From a bacterium (lineage in GTDB: Bacteria; Vulcanimicrobiota; Xenobia; Xenobiales; JADMJV01), in contig JAFEBA010000015.1 in assembly GCA_018266105.1 (NCBI GenBank), positions 472 to 64,471 on the forward strand: DNA of 64,000 nucleotides. The letters are read 5' to 3'. The notes beneath the pieces were generated by a model, which did no database searches, had not been told where the DNA came from, and worked only from the letters and a program-made list of their open reading frames with translations. Position numbers and translations under genes: made by a program. Position 1 is the stretch's first letter; each line of letters starts with the position of its first letter. Below are positions 1 to 8,880 of this stretch, piece after piece.

Positions 1-165
1 GTCTTTCAGCCAGACCTCGACATGGCGGGCGTCCACCCTTAATCGGTCGGCGACGTCTTCCAGGCTCAGCAGATTACGACTGGCTGCAGCTTTGGTGGGC
101 GGCTCTTTGGCCAGGCCCGGTTTGCTTCCGCTCAAGTTGGGCTTGGCAAGGTCCGATTTGCCCAT
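1..165 (-). CDS. Partial CDS, N-terminal 55 codons: helix-turn-helix (excisionase/MerR-like) DNA-binding domain protein. The gene continues beyond the window start.
   Basis: Manual translation of the reverse complement of 1-165 gives MGKSDLAKPNLSGSKPGLAKEPPTKAAASRNLLSLEDVADRLRVDARHVEVWLKD. The segment LLSLEDVADRLRVDARHV matches the recognition-helix pattern of excisionase-family HTH domains. The open frame runs to the window edge. Confidence 0.4.
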   Translation of the reverse strand, partial: MGKSDLAKPNLSGSKPGLAKEPPTKAAASRNLLSLEDVADRLRVDARHVEVWLKD

Positions 166-373
166 GCCATGCTTGACGCCACCCGGAGAACCAGGTTTCG
201 TTTCCTTGCCTACCAGCCCTTTCTTAGGATTCACGCTGGTTTACCGGCCACTGTCGAAAGAATTTTGCTGAATCACTTGGTACTCTCGCTTCGACAAAAA
301 ACTCGGAGGACCCTGGGGTCCTCCGAATTGATCGCTGCTGCACCCGGCGATTTTTCGCCGGGTGCATCAGGCA

Positions 374-408
374 GAAAAAAAGAGAGGACCCGCGAGTCCT
401 CTCTTTTC
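374..408 (-). terminator. Rho-independent terminator downstream of the pilin-like gene.
   Basis: On the minus strand there is an inverted repeat GAGAGGAC-TCGCGG-GTCCTCTC followed by TTTTTTT, immediately 3' of the stop of the 423..863 gene. Confidence 0.6.
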
Positions 409-422
409 TAGAACAACCGAAT

Positions 423-863
423 TTACGGGTGATCGACCAGGCCGGATTCGGCGAAGTACTGCGGGAAGTTCGCGCCAACGCTGTTGAAGCCGGTGTAGGC
501 TTTAGCGTGGTTGGTGCCGTTGCAGTAGAAGCTGAATGCGTCCGGGGTGGTCGCCGAGGTGAAGTTCGGCGAGTAGGTGTCCGTGCCGGCGGCCGGGCAG
601 CTCGGGATGAGCTTCAGGTAGTTGCCGGTGGTCAGCGAGTTCTTAATGTTAGCAGAGCTGGGGTAGCGGCCGCCGTTGTCCGAGGCATACATTTCCAGCG
701 CGGTTGCGATGTTTTTACAGTTGGATTTGCAAGCAGTCAACTGGCCTTGCGCACGAGCTTTGAGGAAGTTAGGAACAAGGATAGCAGCCAAGATCGCGAT
801 AATCGCGATTACGATCATAAGCTCGATCAGCGTAAAGCCGGCCTTCTTTTTCTTCATGAACAT
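423..863 (-). CDS. Type IV pilin / pseudopilin-like protein with a prepilin N-terminal cleavage/methylation motif.
   Basis: The N-terminus MFMKKKKAGFTLIELMIVIAIIAILAAILVPNF is a classic class-III signal (G^FTLIE plus a hydrophobic helix). Size is 146 aa, and the intrinsic terminator sits just downstream. Confidence 0.85.
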   Translation of the reverse strand: MFMKKKKAGFTLIELMIVIAIIAILAAILVPNFLKARAQGQLTACKSNCKNIATALEMYASDNGGRYPSSANIKNSLTTGNYLKLIPSCPAAGTDTYSPNFTSATTPDAFSFYCNGTNHAKAYTGFNSVGANFPQYFAESGLVDHP

Positions 864-1068
864 CTGAAATTCACCTCCACGGTGATTGGATTGTCAACCG
901 TTCGGGATTGCTCCGTCCCAGTTGATCTTATTATGCCCCCCCAGGGCAATCTCGGACACTTTGTAAAAAATTTCTTGCCAAAATTTTTCCAAATTGTTCT
1001 GAGGTGACCATGGTATACGCCGGGGTCTCCGGGCACTCCTTCAAAGTTTCGAGAGTTTAGAGGGTGGT

Positions 1069-2010
1069 TTACTCCTTGCGAGCGGCTTCCAGGGTGAGCT
1101 TCAAGCCTGATGCCAGATCGTGGCTGGGGCGAAAACCTGTGGAGAACAGTTTGCCGGGATCTGACCAGGAGGCGCGGATGTCGCCCGGACGGGGATCGAG
1201 ATGTTGAATGGTTGAGGTCGAGCCCAGCAGCGTTCGGATGGTCTGAGCCAGCTCCAGGATGGTAACCGTTGATCCGGTGGCGACATTGAAGACCCCACTC
1301 AGGTCTGAGTGTTGGGCGACCCAAAGGTTGGCCGCCGCCACATCCGCCACGTACACGAAATCTCTGGTTTGTTGACCATCGCCGAAAATCCCGATGGTCT
1401 CTCCGGCCAGAGCCTTCTTGATGAAAATCGGGACCGCTGCCGCGTACTGCGAGGTGGGGTCCTGGTGAGGCCCAAACACGTTGAAGTAGCGTAGTGAAAC
1501 TGTAGGGAGAGCGTACTCCCGCCGGTACATCTCAAGGTAGTACTCTCCGTCCAGTTTGGTGATGCCGTAAGGAGTCTGGGGGGCCGGGCGCAGCTTCTCG
1601 TGCTTGGGTAACTCCGGATCGTCCCCATAGATTGCTGCTGACGAGGAGAGTACGACTTTTTTAGCCCCGTGCTTGCGAGCTGCTTCCAATACATTCAGGG
1701 TTCCGTTCACGTTCAGTTCCACGCACTCGCGAGGATTGAGCAAGGATTCGGGGACACTGATCATGGCAGCCAGGTGGAAGATCCAATCGGCGCCGGCGCA
1801 GACCTGCTCCACCAGGGGGGCGTCGCAGATGCTTCCTTCTACCCAACGGAAGTTGCTGTGGTGCTGGTTGCGTTCAAGGTTCGCTCGGCGGCCGCTACGC
1901 AGGTTGTCCAGTACCACTACCTCGGGTTGGCCTGGCAGTCGGCAGCAGGCGTCCGCGAGGTGGGAGCCGATAAAGCCGGCGCCTCCCGTAATTACAATCT
2001 TTTGGGTCAT
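1069..2010 (-). CDS. NAD-dependent epimerase/dehydratase (UDP-sugar 4-epimerase-like).
   Basis: Rossmann motif ITGGAGFIGSHL and an SDR-extended family layout. A strong AGGAGG Shine-Dalgarno lies 7 nt upstream of the ATG at 2010. The six-frame track ORF begins at an earlier in-frame M at 2043. Confidence 0.8.
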   Translation of the reverse strand: MTQKIVITGGAGFIGSHLADACCRLPGQPEVVVLDNLRSGRRANLERNQHHSNFRWVEGSICDAPLVEQVCAGADWIFHLAAMISVPESLLNPRECVELNVNGTLNVLEAARKHGAKKVVLSSSAAIYGDDPELPKHEKLRPAPQTPYGITKLDGEYYLEMYRREYALPTVSLRYFNVFGPHQDPTSQYAAAVPIFIKKALAGETIGIFGDGQQTRDFVYVADVAAANLWVAQHSDLSGVFNVATGSTVTILELAQTIRTLLGSTSTIQHLDPRPGDIRASWSDPGKLFSTGFRPSHDLASGLKLTLEAARKE

Positions 2011-2012
2011 TA

Positions 2013-2828
2013 TTATCCTCCTGCGAAGAGTTTCTTCCACCATGGATTTTTGGGTTCAATCTTGAATTCTTTGGTGAGGTAGTTGGCCACCGCCACTCCT
2101 TGCTGACAGTTGCGCTCAATCGAGTGGGAGCCACGACCACGCGCGCTACCCTTCATTCCTGAGGGCAGGTGAGGGCGCTCTCGCCAGGGGGCCTGATTGC
2201 AACTGGCGCTAAAGTTCGGCTCGCCCCATCCGCAGGCACGGTGTTCCTCTAATCCGGCGCAGCCGACCACAAAAGGCCACATCTCGGCAACCGGGGTGCC
2301 GGCGCAGGAGGTTGTGCAGCTCAGGATTTCTACACCGCTGGCTCGGCTCAGGCGGCTCAATGTCGCCGCTTTGGCCCTCCAGGCTTTGAATCCGGCCCAT
2401 TCACCCTGACTCACCAGATAGCTTTCGTAGAGGTAGAAATCCCCTCGGCCGAGCGGGGTCGCCAGTCCTTTGGGGTTGGCCGGGCCGGCCTCGTTGTCCA
2501 GGGCATGTCTGGGGTCCCAACTGTTGGCGATGACCTTGAGTTGCAGGCGATGGATACACTCCACGGCCTCGATCTGGCGCTGACGTGTGACGCCAAAGTC
2601 GTAGCCGTAGTCGTCCAGCAGTAGCCCGCGCATCCCGAGCTGCTTCCAGGCTTCCGCGCGCTGCTGAATCTGGCTCAGCTCCAGGTTTTGCATCGGGTGT
2701 TGGGGGCTGTGCACCCCCAGATCGATATAACCGTAAAACTGAACCTGCGGACAGGCACGAATAATTTCCGCGCAGGCCTGGTGGTTGGGATGGCGAGCAT
2801 CTTGTAGACCGTCGCCCAGTACTACCAT
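2013..2828 (-). CDS. Hypothetical protein, possibly a TIM-barrel glycoside-hydrolase-like protein, with a Cys-rich C-terminus.
   Basis: 271-aa ORF with genome-typical GC3 codon usage. Its stop lies 2 nt before the epimerase start, suggesting the same operon. Only weak pattern resemblance to GH114/TM1410-like hydrolases. Confidence 0.4.
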   Translation of the reverse strand: MVVLGDGLQDARHPNHQACAEIIRACPQVQFYGYIDLGVHSPQHPMQNLELSQIQQRAEAWKQLGMRGLLLDDYGYDFGVTRQRQIEAVECIHRLQLKVIANSWDPRHALDNEAGPANPKGLATPLGRGDFYLYESYLVSQGEWAGFKAWRAKAATLSRLSRASGVEILSCTTSCAGTPVAEMWPFVVGCAGLEEHRACGWGEPNFSASCNQAPWRERPHLPSGMKGSARGRGSHSIERNCQQGVAVANYLTKEFKIEPKNPWWKKLFAGG

Positions 2829-2917
2829 GGAGTAGAGTTCGAAATGACTCGCCGCTTCGTTCAGGTTCCTGGCGCCATTGATGAGTCCAGGGTAGCCGTA
2901 ATAGATGAGGAGTGATT

Positions 2918-4366
2918 CTATGGCTTTTCTCCCAGGCTGCTCAAGCCTTCCCTGGCCTGTTTGCTGACCGTTTCAACCTGATGACCGGTCTTTAGAGCTG
3001 CTCGATAGTCAGCCGCCGCTTTCTTGTTCTGGCCAATGAGTTTATAAAGGTTGCCTCTCTGTATGTAGGCCTCCGCAAAGGCCGGTTCGATCTCGATGGC
3101 TTTGGCGTAGTCTTCGATAGCCGAGGTGTACTTGCGCTGTTTTTGCTTGAGCGAAGCTCGAGCCGTGTAGACGTAGCGCTGTTTGGGGTCGTATTTGAGG
3201 GCAAGATCATAATCTTGCATAGCCAGATCGTCTCGTCCCATCAAAACGTGGGTGTAGCCGCGCCCATAGTATGCGTCGGCCATTTTTGGGTCGAGCTCGA
3301 TGGCTTTGTCGTAGGCGGCCAGTGCCTGCTTGTATTGCTTGGCTTCGCGATAACCATAACCACGGGCGGCCTGAGCATGAGGGGACTTGGCTTCCAGCTC
3401 GGCGGCCTTGTCCAGGTCGGCCAGGCCCTTGGCTTTCTCTCCCAGTGCCATATACAGGTTGCCGCGAGAATTCAGGCCTGCAATCAGGGCCGGGTTCAAT
3501 TCCAGGGCTTCGTTGTAGTCCTTGAGTGCTTTCTGGGTTTCGCCGATGTCTCGGTAGGCGTCACCTCTGAAAAGGAAGGCCCAGAAATACTTCGGGTCGA
3601 GCTCGATGGCTTTGGTGAAGTCGGCGATACCCTTCGGGTAGTCTTTCTGGCAGCGAATGTAGACCAGTCCGCGGCGTGCGTAGGAGGCGGGCAGAAAGGC
3701 GTCGAGTCGCACTGCTTCCATGCAGTCGGCCATGGCTTCCTTACAGTGACCGAGTTCGAGGTGAGCAAAACCGCGCCCGGAAAACGGCAGGGCTTGCTTG
3801 GGGTCAATGGCGATCGCCTGCTCAAACATCTCGATGGCCTTCAGGTAATCGGCCATGGTCAAGTAAGTATCGCCTTTGCCGCAGTAGGGTACATAGTCGC
3901 GTGGATTCAACCGAATTGAATCGTCGTAGTCACGCAGCGCGTTTTCAAACTGCATCAGCTTAAGATAGACATTGCCTCGCAAGTTGTAGGTGTAGGCATT
4001 GCGGGGGTTCAGCTCGATGGCTTTGTCCAGGTCGGCCAGGGCTAACTGGCGGTGGTCGCCTTTGTCGTCGTAAAATACAGCCCGGTTGATGTAGGACTGA
4101 TCGTTGCCCGGAGCAAGTTCGACAGCTTTGTTGTAGTCTGCCAGCGCTTCTTCATAGCGCCCAAGGCGTTGGAAGCAAAGCCCTCGCTTCATATATGCTC
4201 CGGTCAGACGAGAGTCTGAGGCTAGAGCCTTGTTGTATTCCTCCAGGGCCTTCTCCCACTGGCGTTTTTCCACCAGCTGGTTGCCTTGTTCGTAGTAAAC
4301 ATGCCCCTGGACGCAACCGACCATCAAAAATCCGGCCAGAGCCAGACCAATCCATGCGCGCTTCAT
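2918..4366 (-). CDS. TPR-repeat lipoprotein.
   Basis: Signal peptide with lipobox (LMVGC) followed by about 12 tandem 34-aa TPR units (repeated W-LG-Y...A...Y..A..L-P motifs). Confidence 0.85.
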   Translation of the reverse strand: MKRAWIGLALAGFLMVGCVQGHVYYEQGNQLVEKRQWEKALEEYNKALASDSRLTGAYMKRGLCFQRLGRYEEALADYNKAVELAPGNDQSYINRAVFYDDKGDHRQLALADLDKAIELNPRNAYTYNLRGNVYLKLMQFENALRDYDDSIRLNPRDYVPYCGKGDTYLTMADYLKAIEMFEQAIAIDPKQALPFSGRGFAHLELGHCKEAMADCMEAVRLDAFLPASYARRGLVYIRCQKDYPKGIADFTKAIELDPKYFWAFLFRGDAYRDIGETQKALKDYNEALELNPALIAGLNSRGNLYMALGEKAKGLADLDKAAELEAKSPHAQAARGYGYREAKQYKQALAAYDKAIELDPKMADAYYGRGYTHVLMGRDDLAMQDYDLALKYDPKQRYVYTARASLKQKQRKYTSAIEDYAKAIEIEPAFAEAYIQRGNLYKLIGQNKKAAADYRAALKTGHQVETVSKQAREGLSSLGEKP

Positions 4367-4448
4367 CGGTCCGAAGTTAGTAAATCAGGTTAGAAGTCCT
4401 CTTCTTAAAAGAAGGGCCATCCCTCACTCTGCTCGCAAGTTCGCTGCC

Positions 4449-5732
4449 ATGTTTCGCGTCTTTGTTTTTTGCTTCTTGTTGTGCAGTTTGGTGTGGGCCG
4501 AGCCGAGGGTGGTCGTCATCTCTCTGGATGGGCTGCGTCCCGAGTTTTATCTCGACTCGCGCTGGCCCGCCCCCTGTCTCCAGAGCCTGTGCCGCCAGGG
4601 GGCAGCGGCCAGGGCCATGTACTCGGTTTTTCCGAGCATCACTTACGCCAATCACACCAGTCTGGTCACCGGCGTTTCGCCTCAGGGCCACGGGATCGAC
4701 TGCAACGTGGACTTTGATTGGGAAACCGGACCGACTTTGGGCTGGAACTGGGAAGCCTCGAAGATCAAAGTTCCGACTTTGTGGGAGCTGGCTCGCCGTC
4801 GTCAGTTGATCAGCGCGGCTTTTTCCTGGCCGGTTTCGGTGGGCGCTCGGGTGGATTATTTGATTCCTGAAGTGTTCTCGATCCCGGGGGCAAATCAAGG
4901 CAGCACCGAGGATTTACTCAGAGTCCACTCCACTCCGAGTTTGATCGCACGCATTCAGGAGGATTCTGGACTCCCTTTCCCGGTCAGTTTTGCGGATTGG
5001 GACGCCTGGTTGCCTTCCGCTGTCGGCTATGTCTGGCGTACCTATCAGCCCCAATTGACACTGATTCACATGCTGAATCTGGATTGGACTCAGCACCGAT
5101 TTGGACCGGATGGCGCGGAGACACGTTCCGCCCTGGCTCGGCTGGATTCCGATTTGCAGCGCATCGTGGAGCAAATCGATCTAACCCAGACGGTTCTCAT
5201 GATTGTGGGCGACCACGGCTTTCAGTCGGTCAATCAAGTTATCAACCCGAATCGTCTGTTTTTCGACCGGGGCTGGATTCAGATGGAGCAAGGAAAAATT
5301 AAGTCCTGGCGGGTTTATGCTCGCAGTAACGGCGGCAGTGCTGCAATCTACTGTAAGGACCCGACCTTGTTGCCGCAGGTGGAAAAACTGATGGTACAGC
5401 GATCGGTGGGCCGGTGGGTGGTTCTGGACCGGCACCAGTTGGATTTGCGCAGGACCTTTCCCAGGGCGGCCCTGGCAATATCGGTGCCGCCCGGGCTGGC
5501 TTTGGGCCAATCTGTGGACGGACCGTTTGAAGTCAAAACCGAGCGAACACTCGGTCAGCACGGCCACCTGCCGGAACTGGTGCCGACCGGATGGATCATC
5601 GTGGGGCCCGGAATTAAAGCAGGAAGCGACCTGGGTCAGCGCAGCTTGCTTGAAGTGGCGCCGACCGTCGGTCGCTTGCTGAAACTGGATTGCTCCAGTA
5701 TGGAGAGCGACGGCTTAGAGTTGTTCCCCTAG
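4449..5732 (+). CDS. Secreted alkaline-phosphatase-superfamily enzyme (type I phosphodiesterase / nucleotide pyrophosphatase-like).
   Basis: N-terminal signal peptide. The VISLDGLRPE metal-binding motif is typical of the Phosphodiest/AP superfamily, and GDHG occurs mid-protein. Confidence 0.65.
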   Translation: MFRVFVFCFLLCSLVWAEPRVVVISLDGLRPEFYLDSRWPAPCLQSLCRQGAAARAMYSVFPSITYANHTSLVTGVSPQGHGIDCNVDFDWETGPTLGWNWEASKIKVPTLWELARRRQLISAAFSWPVSVGARVDYLIPEVFSIPGANQGSTEDLLRVHSTPSLIARIQEDSGLPFPVSFADWDAWLPSAVGYVWRTYQPQLTLIHMLNLDWTQHRFGPDGAETRSALARLDSDLQRIVEQIDLTQTVLMIVGDHGFQSVNQVINPNRLFFDRGWIQMEQGKIKSWRVYARSNGGSAAIYCKDPTLLPQVEKLMVQRSVGRWVVLDRHQLDLRRTFPRAALAISVPPGLALGQSVDGPFEVKTERTLGQHGHLPELVPTGWIIVGPGIKAGSDLGQRSLLEVAPTVGRLLKLDCSSMESDGLELFP

Positions 5733-6053
5733 CGCCGCCGCGACCGCATCACTATCCAGGCGCAGGCGTCCCAAGTTGACCTTGGGGCCGCCCTGGGTGA
5801 CCAGATAGGTGACCTCATTGATGGCGGTCAGGTGGGCCGTTCCCTGCTGCTGATCGAGAGTGACGCGCTGGCTGACGCCTCGGGCTTGGAAGTGTCCATC
5901 CAGGTGGTTGAGCAATTCGGCCACGCTGGCGCCAAAGCTATCGGGGTCAGGAACAAAGTTCCCCACGCTACTGATGACCAGGCCGTCTTTGCCGACCACC
6001 AGCGCCCCTTCGACGCCATTGATTTTGAGCAATTTTTCCAAGAGCTCTTCCAC
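5715..6053 (-). CDS. Roadblock/LC7 (MglB-like) domain protein.
   Basis: 112 aa. The motif INGVEGALVVGKDGLVISSVG and overall alpha-beta pattern match the Roadblock/LC7 family. Last gene of a minus-strand module. Confidence 0.75.
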   Translation of the reverse strand: MEELLEKLLKINGVEGALVVGKDGLVISSVGNFVPDPDSFGASVAELLNHLDGHFQARGVSQRVTLDQQQGTAHLTAINEVTYLVTQGGPKVNLGRLRLDSDAVAAALGEQL

Positions 6054-6124
6054 GGGTTAACCTCCAACTAGTTGATCGCTTTTCGCTTCGGGAAAGTTCT
6101 GAGTCGTCGATTTCGGTAGGACGA

Positions 6125-8857
6125 CTATTGGAACACTGAGGCCAGCATGGTTGCTGCCCCCTGCAGTCGGGTCTGCCACACGTCCTTCGACGCTTGAGTC
6201 GAGAGGATCGTGATCAGCACGGTTTGTTTGTCGAGAGGAATGAGGCTGAAGGCGAAACGGTCGCCCCGCAGCACGATCTGTCGAGTGGGCAAGCAACCCA
6301 TGGCCTGAAACGAGGATTCGCAATCCGCCAGAGTCTGACTGAGGACCACGCTGACCGTGTCGGGTGCGAGGTCACCGCCGGCGTACTGGATTTCGATCGG
6401 GCCATCCGGTCCGGTGACCAGATTGCCCTCGATGCCCTGCACCTGGCCCAGGTCTTCGAGAACCTTCTTGAGGATGGCTTCGAAGAGAGTCAGATCTGCC
6501 GACAGCGAGCCGGAGGATTCTTCCATGCTCACGACCACCTCCTGGGCGGTGGTCAACCAGAGTTGATTGCCGGTTGGGGTCATGCTCAGGTGCAGGCGTC
6601 CCCCATCGATATAGAGCGATTGGAGATTCCCCAGCCCGCTCTCTTCCATAGCGCGACGGAAATTTTCCCAAATGTCCAGTTGGTAGGCGCTGACGGGGCC
6701 GGTCAGCGCGGCCGGACGCAGCTCTCCAACCATGGTGAGGCCTTCACTGGTGGTCACGATGGCCGAGTGTCCGGGCTGTTCCTGGATCTCGGCGAAGAGC
6801 TCGTCCAGGTTGGCTTCGGTTCCACGTTGGCGCAGCTCTTCCAGGGCGCGACCGGCGGCGGCGTCGACTTTTTCCTCGGGGCTCCGGTCGCTCATCGGCA
6901 AACTGACTTCCGGCAAAACCTCGGAGGGCAGGTCCTCGGCGGGAACCGCCTGGGGAGGGGTCGCGACCGGTTCGCTGGGGGCCGGGGGAAGATTGAGGTC
7001 CAGGTCCAGGTCCAGGTCCAGGTCGAGATCCAGATCCAGATCCAGATTCAGGTCGAGTCCGGCCATGCTGTCTGGGGTGCTGGGAGTTGGGGCCTGCACG
7101 GGGGGGGCCGGCGGCAGGGGGTCTGGCTCGACGGCGACGGGTTCGGGCTCCGGAACTGGAGCCGGCTCTTCCACCACGGGTACAGGCTCGGGCTCAACAG
7201 CGACCGGCTCCGGCTCAATGGCTACGGGCTCCGGCTCTGGTTCGGGTTGAATCGGTTCGGGCTCCACCGCCACAGGTTCGGGCTCCACGGGGGCCTCGGC
7301 CGGAGCTTCTTCTTTCTGGTTGAAGTCGCCCAGCTCAGGCATCTCCTGGAACAAATCGTCCAGGGGATCCATGCTGGCGCTCTTCGTGGGAGCGGCCTTG
7401 GGCGTGGTCGGTCGAGCCGGACTGAGGTCCAGGTTGTCCAGATCCAGTTCCAGATCGAAGTCGTCCAGGGAAGACGAGCTGGTCTGTGGGGCGACTGGAG
7501 TGGTCCCCAGGCCCAGTTCTTCGAGGTCCAGATCGAGATCCAGGTCAAGAATATCCTGGCCCGCGGGGGTCACGGTTTCCGCGGCTTCGCTGACGGCCTC
7601 AAGAATTTCCGGCTCCTCCGGCAAGCTCTCGGTCGACTCCTGAACGCTAGCGGGCTCGGGCTCGGGCCCTAACAGATGTTCGCCCACGCAGTTGCCCACG
7701 TTGACCCAGGTCAGGCCGCCGAATCTTTGCAGCAGATCTTCTACGCTGCGATCCATCGTCTGACTCTGGACTCGTTCCAGTTCGGTCGACAACAGGCTGA
7801 GATCGTGCAGTGTGCGCACACGCATGCCGCCCTCGGGCCGATAGGCGTCCACCAACTGGCGGGCGTCCTGGCGCAGGGGGAGGGGACTGACCAGGAAAGC
7901 TGCATCCGGTCGATAGTAGCGGGCCCGAGAGAGGAAGCGGAAAGCCATGTCGGCCGTGACAGCCTCTTCTTGTACTTCAAAGAGAATGGCCGAATCGTGA
8001 TAGGCGGCGAAAAGGTTGATGGTGCGATAGTCTTTCTCGACCGTCCAGCGCAAATGTTTGCGATCGACGCCGATCTGCTTGAGGGCGTCTGCCAGGCAGA
8101 GGGCCAGCCACAGGTTGCGCTTGGAGAGTCGACGTCCCAGGTCGGTGGAGAACAGGAACTGAATAATGCGCTCTTCCATGATCGGGCGTCCGCTGGAGAA
8201 GCTGCGGAAGCCCATGCGGGCTGCCTCGTCCAACGCGGATTTGCTGGGGAATTTGCACAGCTGGATGCCTGTATCGCGGCAGTAAACCTGGAACTCGCGC
8301 TGGATCAGCTGGCATCCCTCCAGTTGTTCCGCCACCTGGTCCCAGTTGGCTTCGAACTTGTTGGAGGTGACCTGCTCCAGGGGCACGCCAGCACGTCGGC
8401 TGACTTCGGCCAGCAGGTGGCGGTTGGCGGCAGGTGCCATGGCTCGGGCAGGCTCGATGTCTCCCTCAAAATTGGGGAAAGCTTCGCTTTCCTCGAGCAG
8501 GGGCTGAAATCGCTCGGCCTGATTGGTCAGTTGCTGCCAGCGGTCGCTGCCTAGAGCTTCGCCCACGGTCTGGCGGAATTCGTCAAAGGCCTGGTCGGGA
8601 GAGGCTTCATTGTAGACCGCGCCCACTTCGATTGAGCGGCGGTCCTCCGAGATCCAATAGTAAAGCAGGTCCGACTGTCCGGTCAGAAAGAGTTCCCCTC
8701 CCGGAGAAACCAGTGCCGGCGGCAGGTCCAGCACTCGGCGGATTTGCAGCGCGACGTCCACAACCAGAGGCTGGAATTGTTCGCACAGGCGGGCCCAGAG
8801 GTCATTTTCCCTTTCCTTGCTGACCCGGACCTTGAGACGCTCGCGCATCAGATTCAT
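6125..8857 (-). CDS. Large (910 aa) multidomain protein. It has an N-terminal globular region of unknown function, a central acidic Pro/Glu/Asp-Leu low-complexity linker, and C-terminal tandem Roadblock/LC7-like domains.
   Basis: AGGAGG Shine-Dalgarno 11 nt upstream of the ATG at 8857. The central region contains (PEPEPVAVE)n and (LD)n repeats. Two C-terminal segments (IVTTSEGLTMVGEL... and LVTGPDGPIEIQYAGG...) match the Roadblock pattern. The gene sits 23 nt downstream of the giant TPR gene. Confidence 0.7.
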   Translation of the reverse strand: MNLMRERLKVRVSKERENDLWARLCEQFQPLVVDVALQIRRVLDLPPALVSPGGELFLTGQSDLLYYWISEDRRSIEVGAVYNEASPDQAFDEFRQTVGEALGSDRWQQLTNQAERFQPLLEESEAFPNFEGDIEPARAMAPAANRHLLAEVSRRAGVPLEQVTSNKFEANWDQVAEQLEGCQLIQREFQVYCRDTGIQLCKFPSKSALDEAARMGFRSFSSGRPIMEERIIQFLFSTDLGRRLSKRNLWLALCLADALKQIGVDRKHLRWTVEKDYRTINLFAAYHDSAILFEVQEEAVTADMAFRFLSRARYYRPDAAFLVSPLPLRQDARQLVDAYRPEGGMRVRTLHDLSLLSTELERVQSQTMDRSVEDLLQRFGGLTWVNVGNCVGEHLLGPEPEPASVQESTESLPEEPEILEAVSEAAETVTPAGQDILDLDLDLDLEELGLGTTPVAPQTSSSSLDDFDLELDLDNLDLSPARPTTPKAAPTKSASMDPLDDLFQEMPELGDFNQKEEAPAEAPVEPEPVAVEPEPIQPEPEPEPVAIEPEPVAVEPEPVPVVEEPAPVPEPEPVAVEPDPLPPAPPVQAPTPSTPDSMAGLDLNLDLDLDLDLDLDLDLDLNLPPAPSEPVATPPQAVPAEDLPSEVLPEVSLPMSDRSPEEKVDAAAGRALEELRQRGTEANLDELFAEIQEQPGHSAIVTTSEGLTMVGELRPAALTGPVSAYQLDIWENFRRAMEESGLGNLQSLYIDGGRLHLSMTPTGNQLWLTTAQEVVVSMEESSGSLSADLTLFEAILKKVLEDLGQVQGIEGNLVTGPDGPIEIQYAGGDLAPDTVSVVLSQTLADCESSFQAMGCLPTRQIVLRGDRFAFSLIPLDKQTVLITILSTQASKDVWQTRLQGAATMLASVFQ
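6995..7057. repeat. Tandem hexanucleotide repeat (GACCTG/GATCTG)n, about 10 units, inside the 6125..8857 gene. On the coding strand it encodes (Leu-Asp)n.
   Basis: Direct reading shows gaggtc caggtc caggtc caggtc caggtc gagatc cagatc cagatc cagatt caggtc. Further imperfect GGCTC(C/G)GG-type repeats at about 7126-7296 encode PEPEPV units. Confidence 0.8.
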
Positions 8858-8880
8858 TACCTTGGATCCTCCTGAGGTTG

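Noticed and set aside
169-478. Two small overlapping ORFs (80 aa on the plus strand and 84 aa on the minus strand) in the gap between the HTH gene and the pilin gene.
   Set aside because: The region contains the pilin terminator hairpin. The ORFs have Arg-rich, low-complexity translations and there is no ribosome-binding site.
2829-2975. Possible N-terminal extension of the 2013..2828 gene (upstream in-frame peptide ...IESLLIYYGYPGLINGARNLNEAASHFELYS).
   Set aside because: There is no ATG, GTG or TTG between the in-frame stop at 2973-2975 and the ATG at 2828. The extension would also overlap the TPR lipoprotein gene end. The ATG start is kept, and this is flagged only as a doubt.
6194-8554. 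Long plus-strand ORFs (492 aa and 292 aa) antisense to the 910-aa acidic-repeat gene.
   Set aside because: Their translations mirror the DNA repeats (QVQVQV, IQIQIQ) and are rich in Gly/Arg. They have no ribosome-binding site. The sense-strand gene has a strong SD and recognisable domains.
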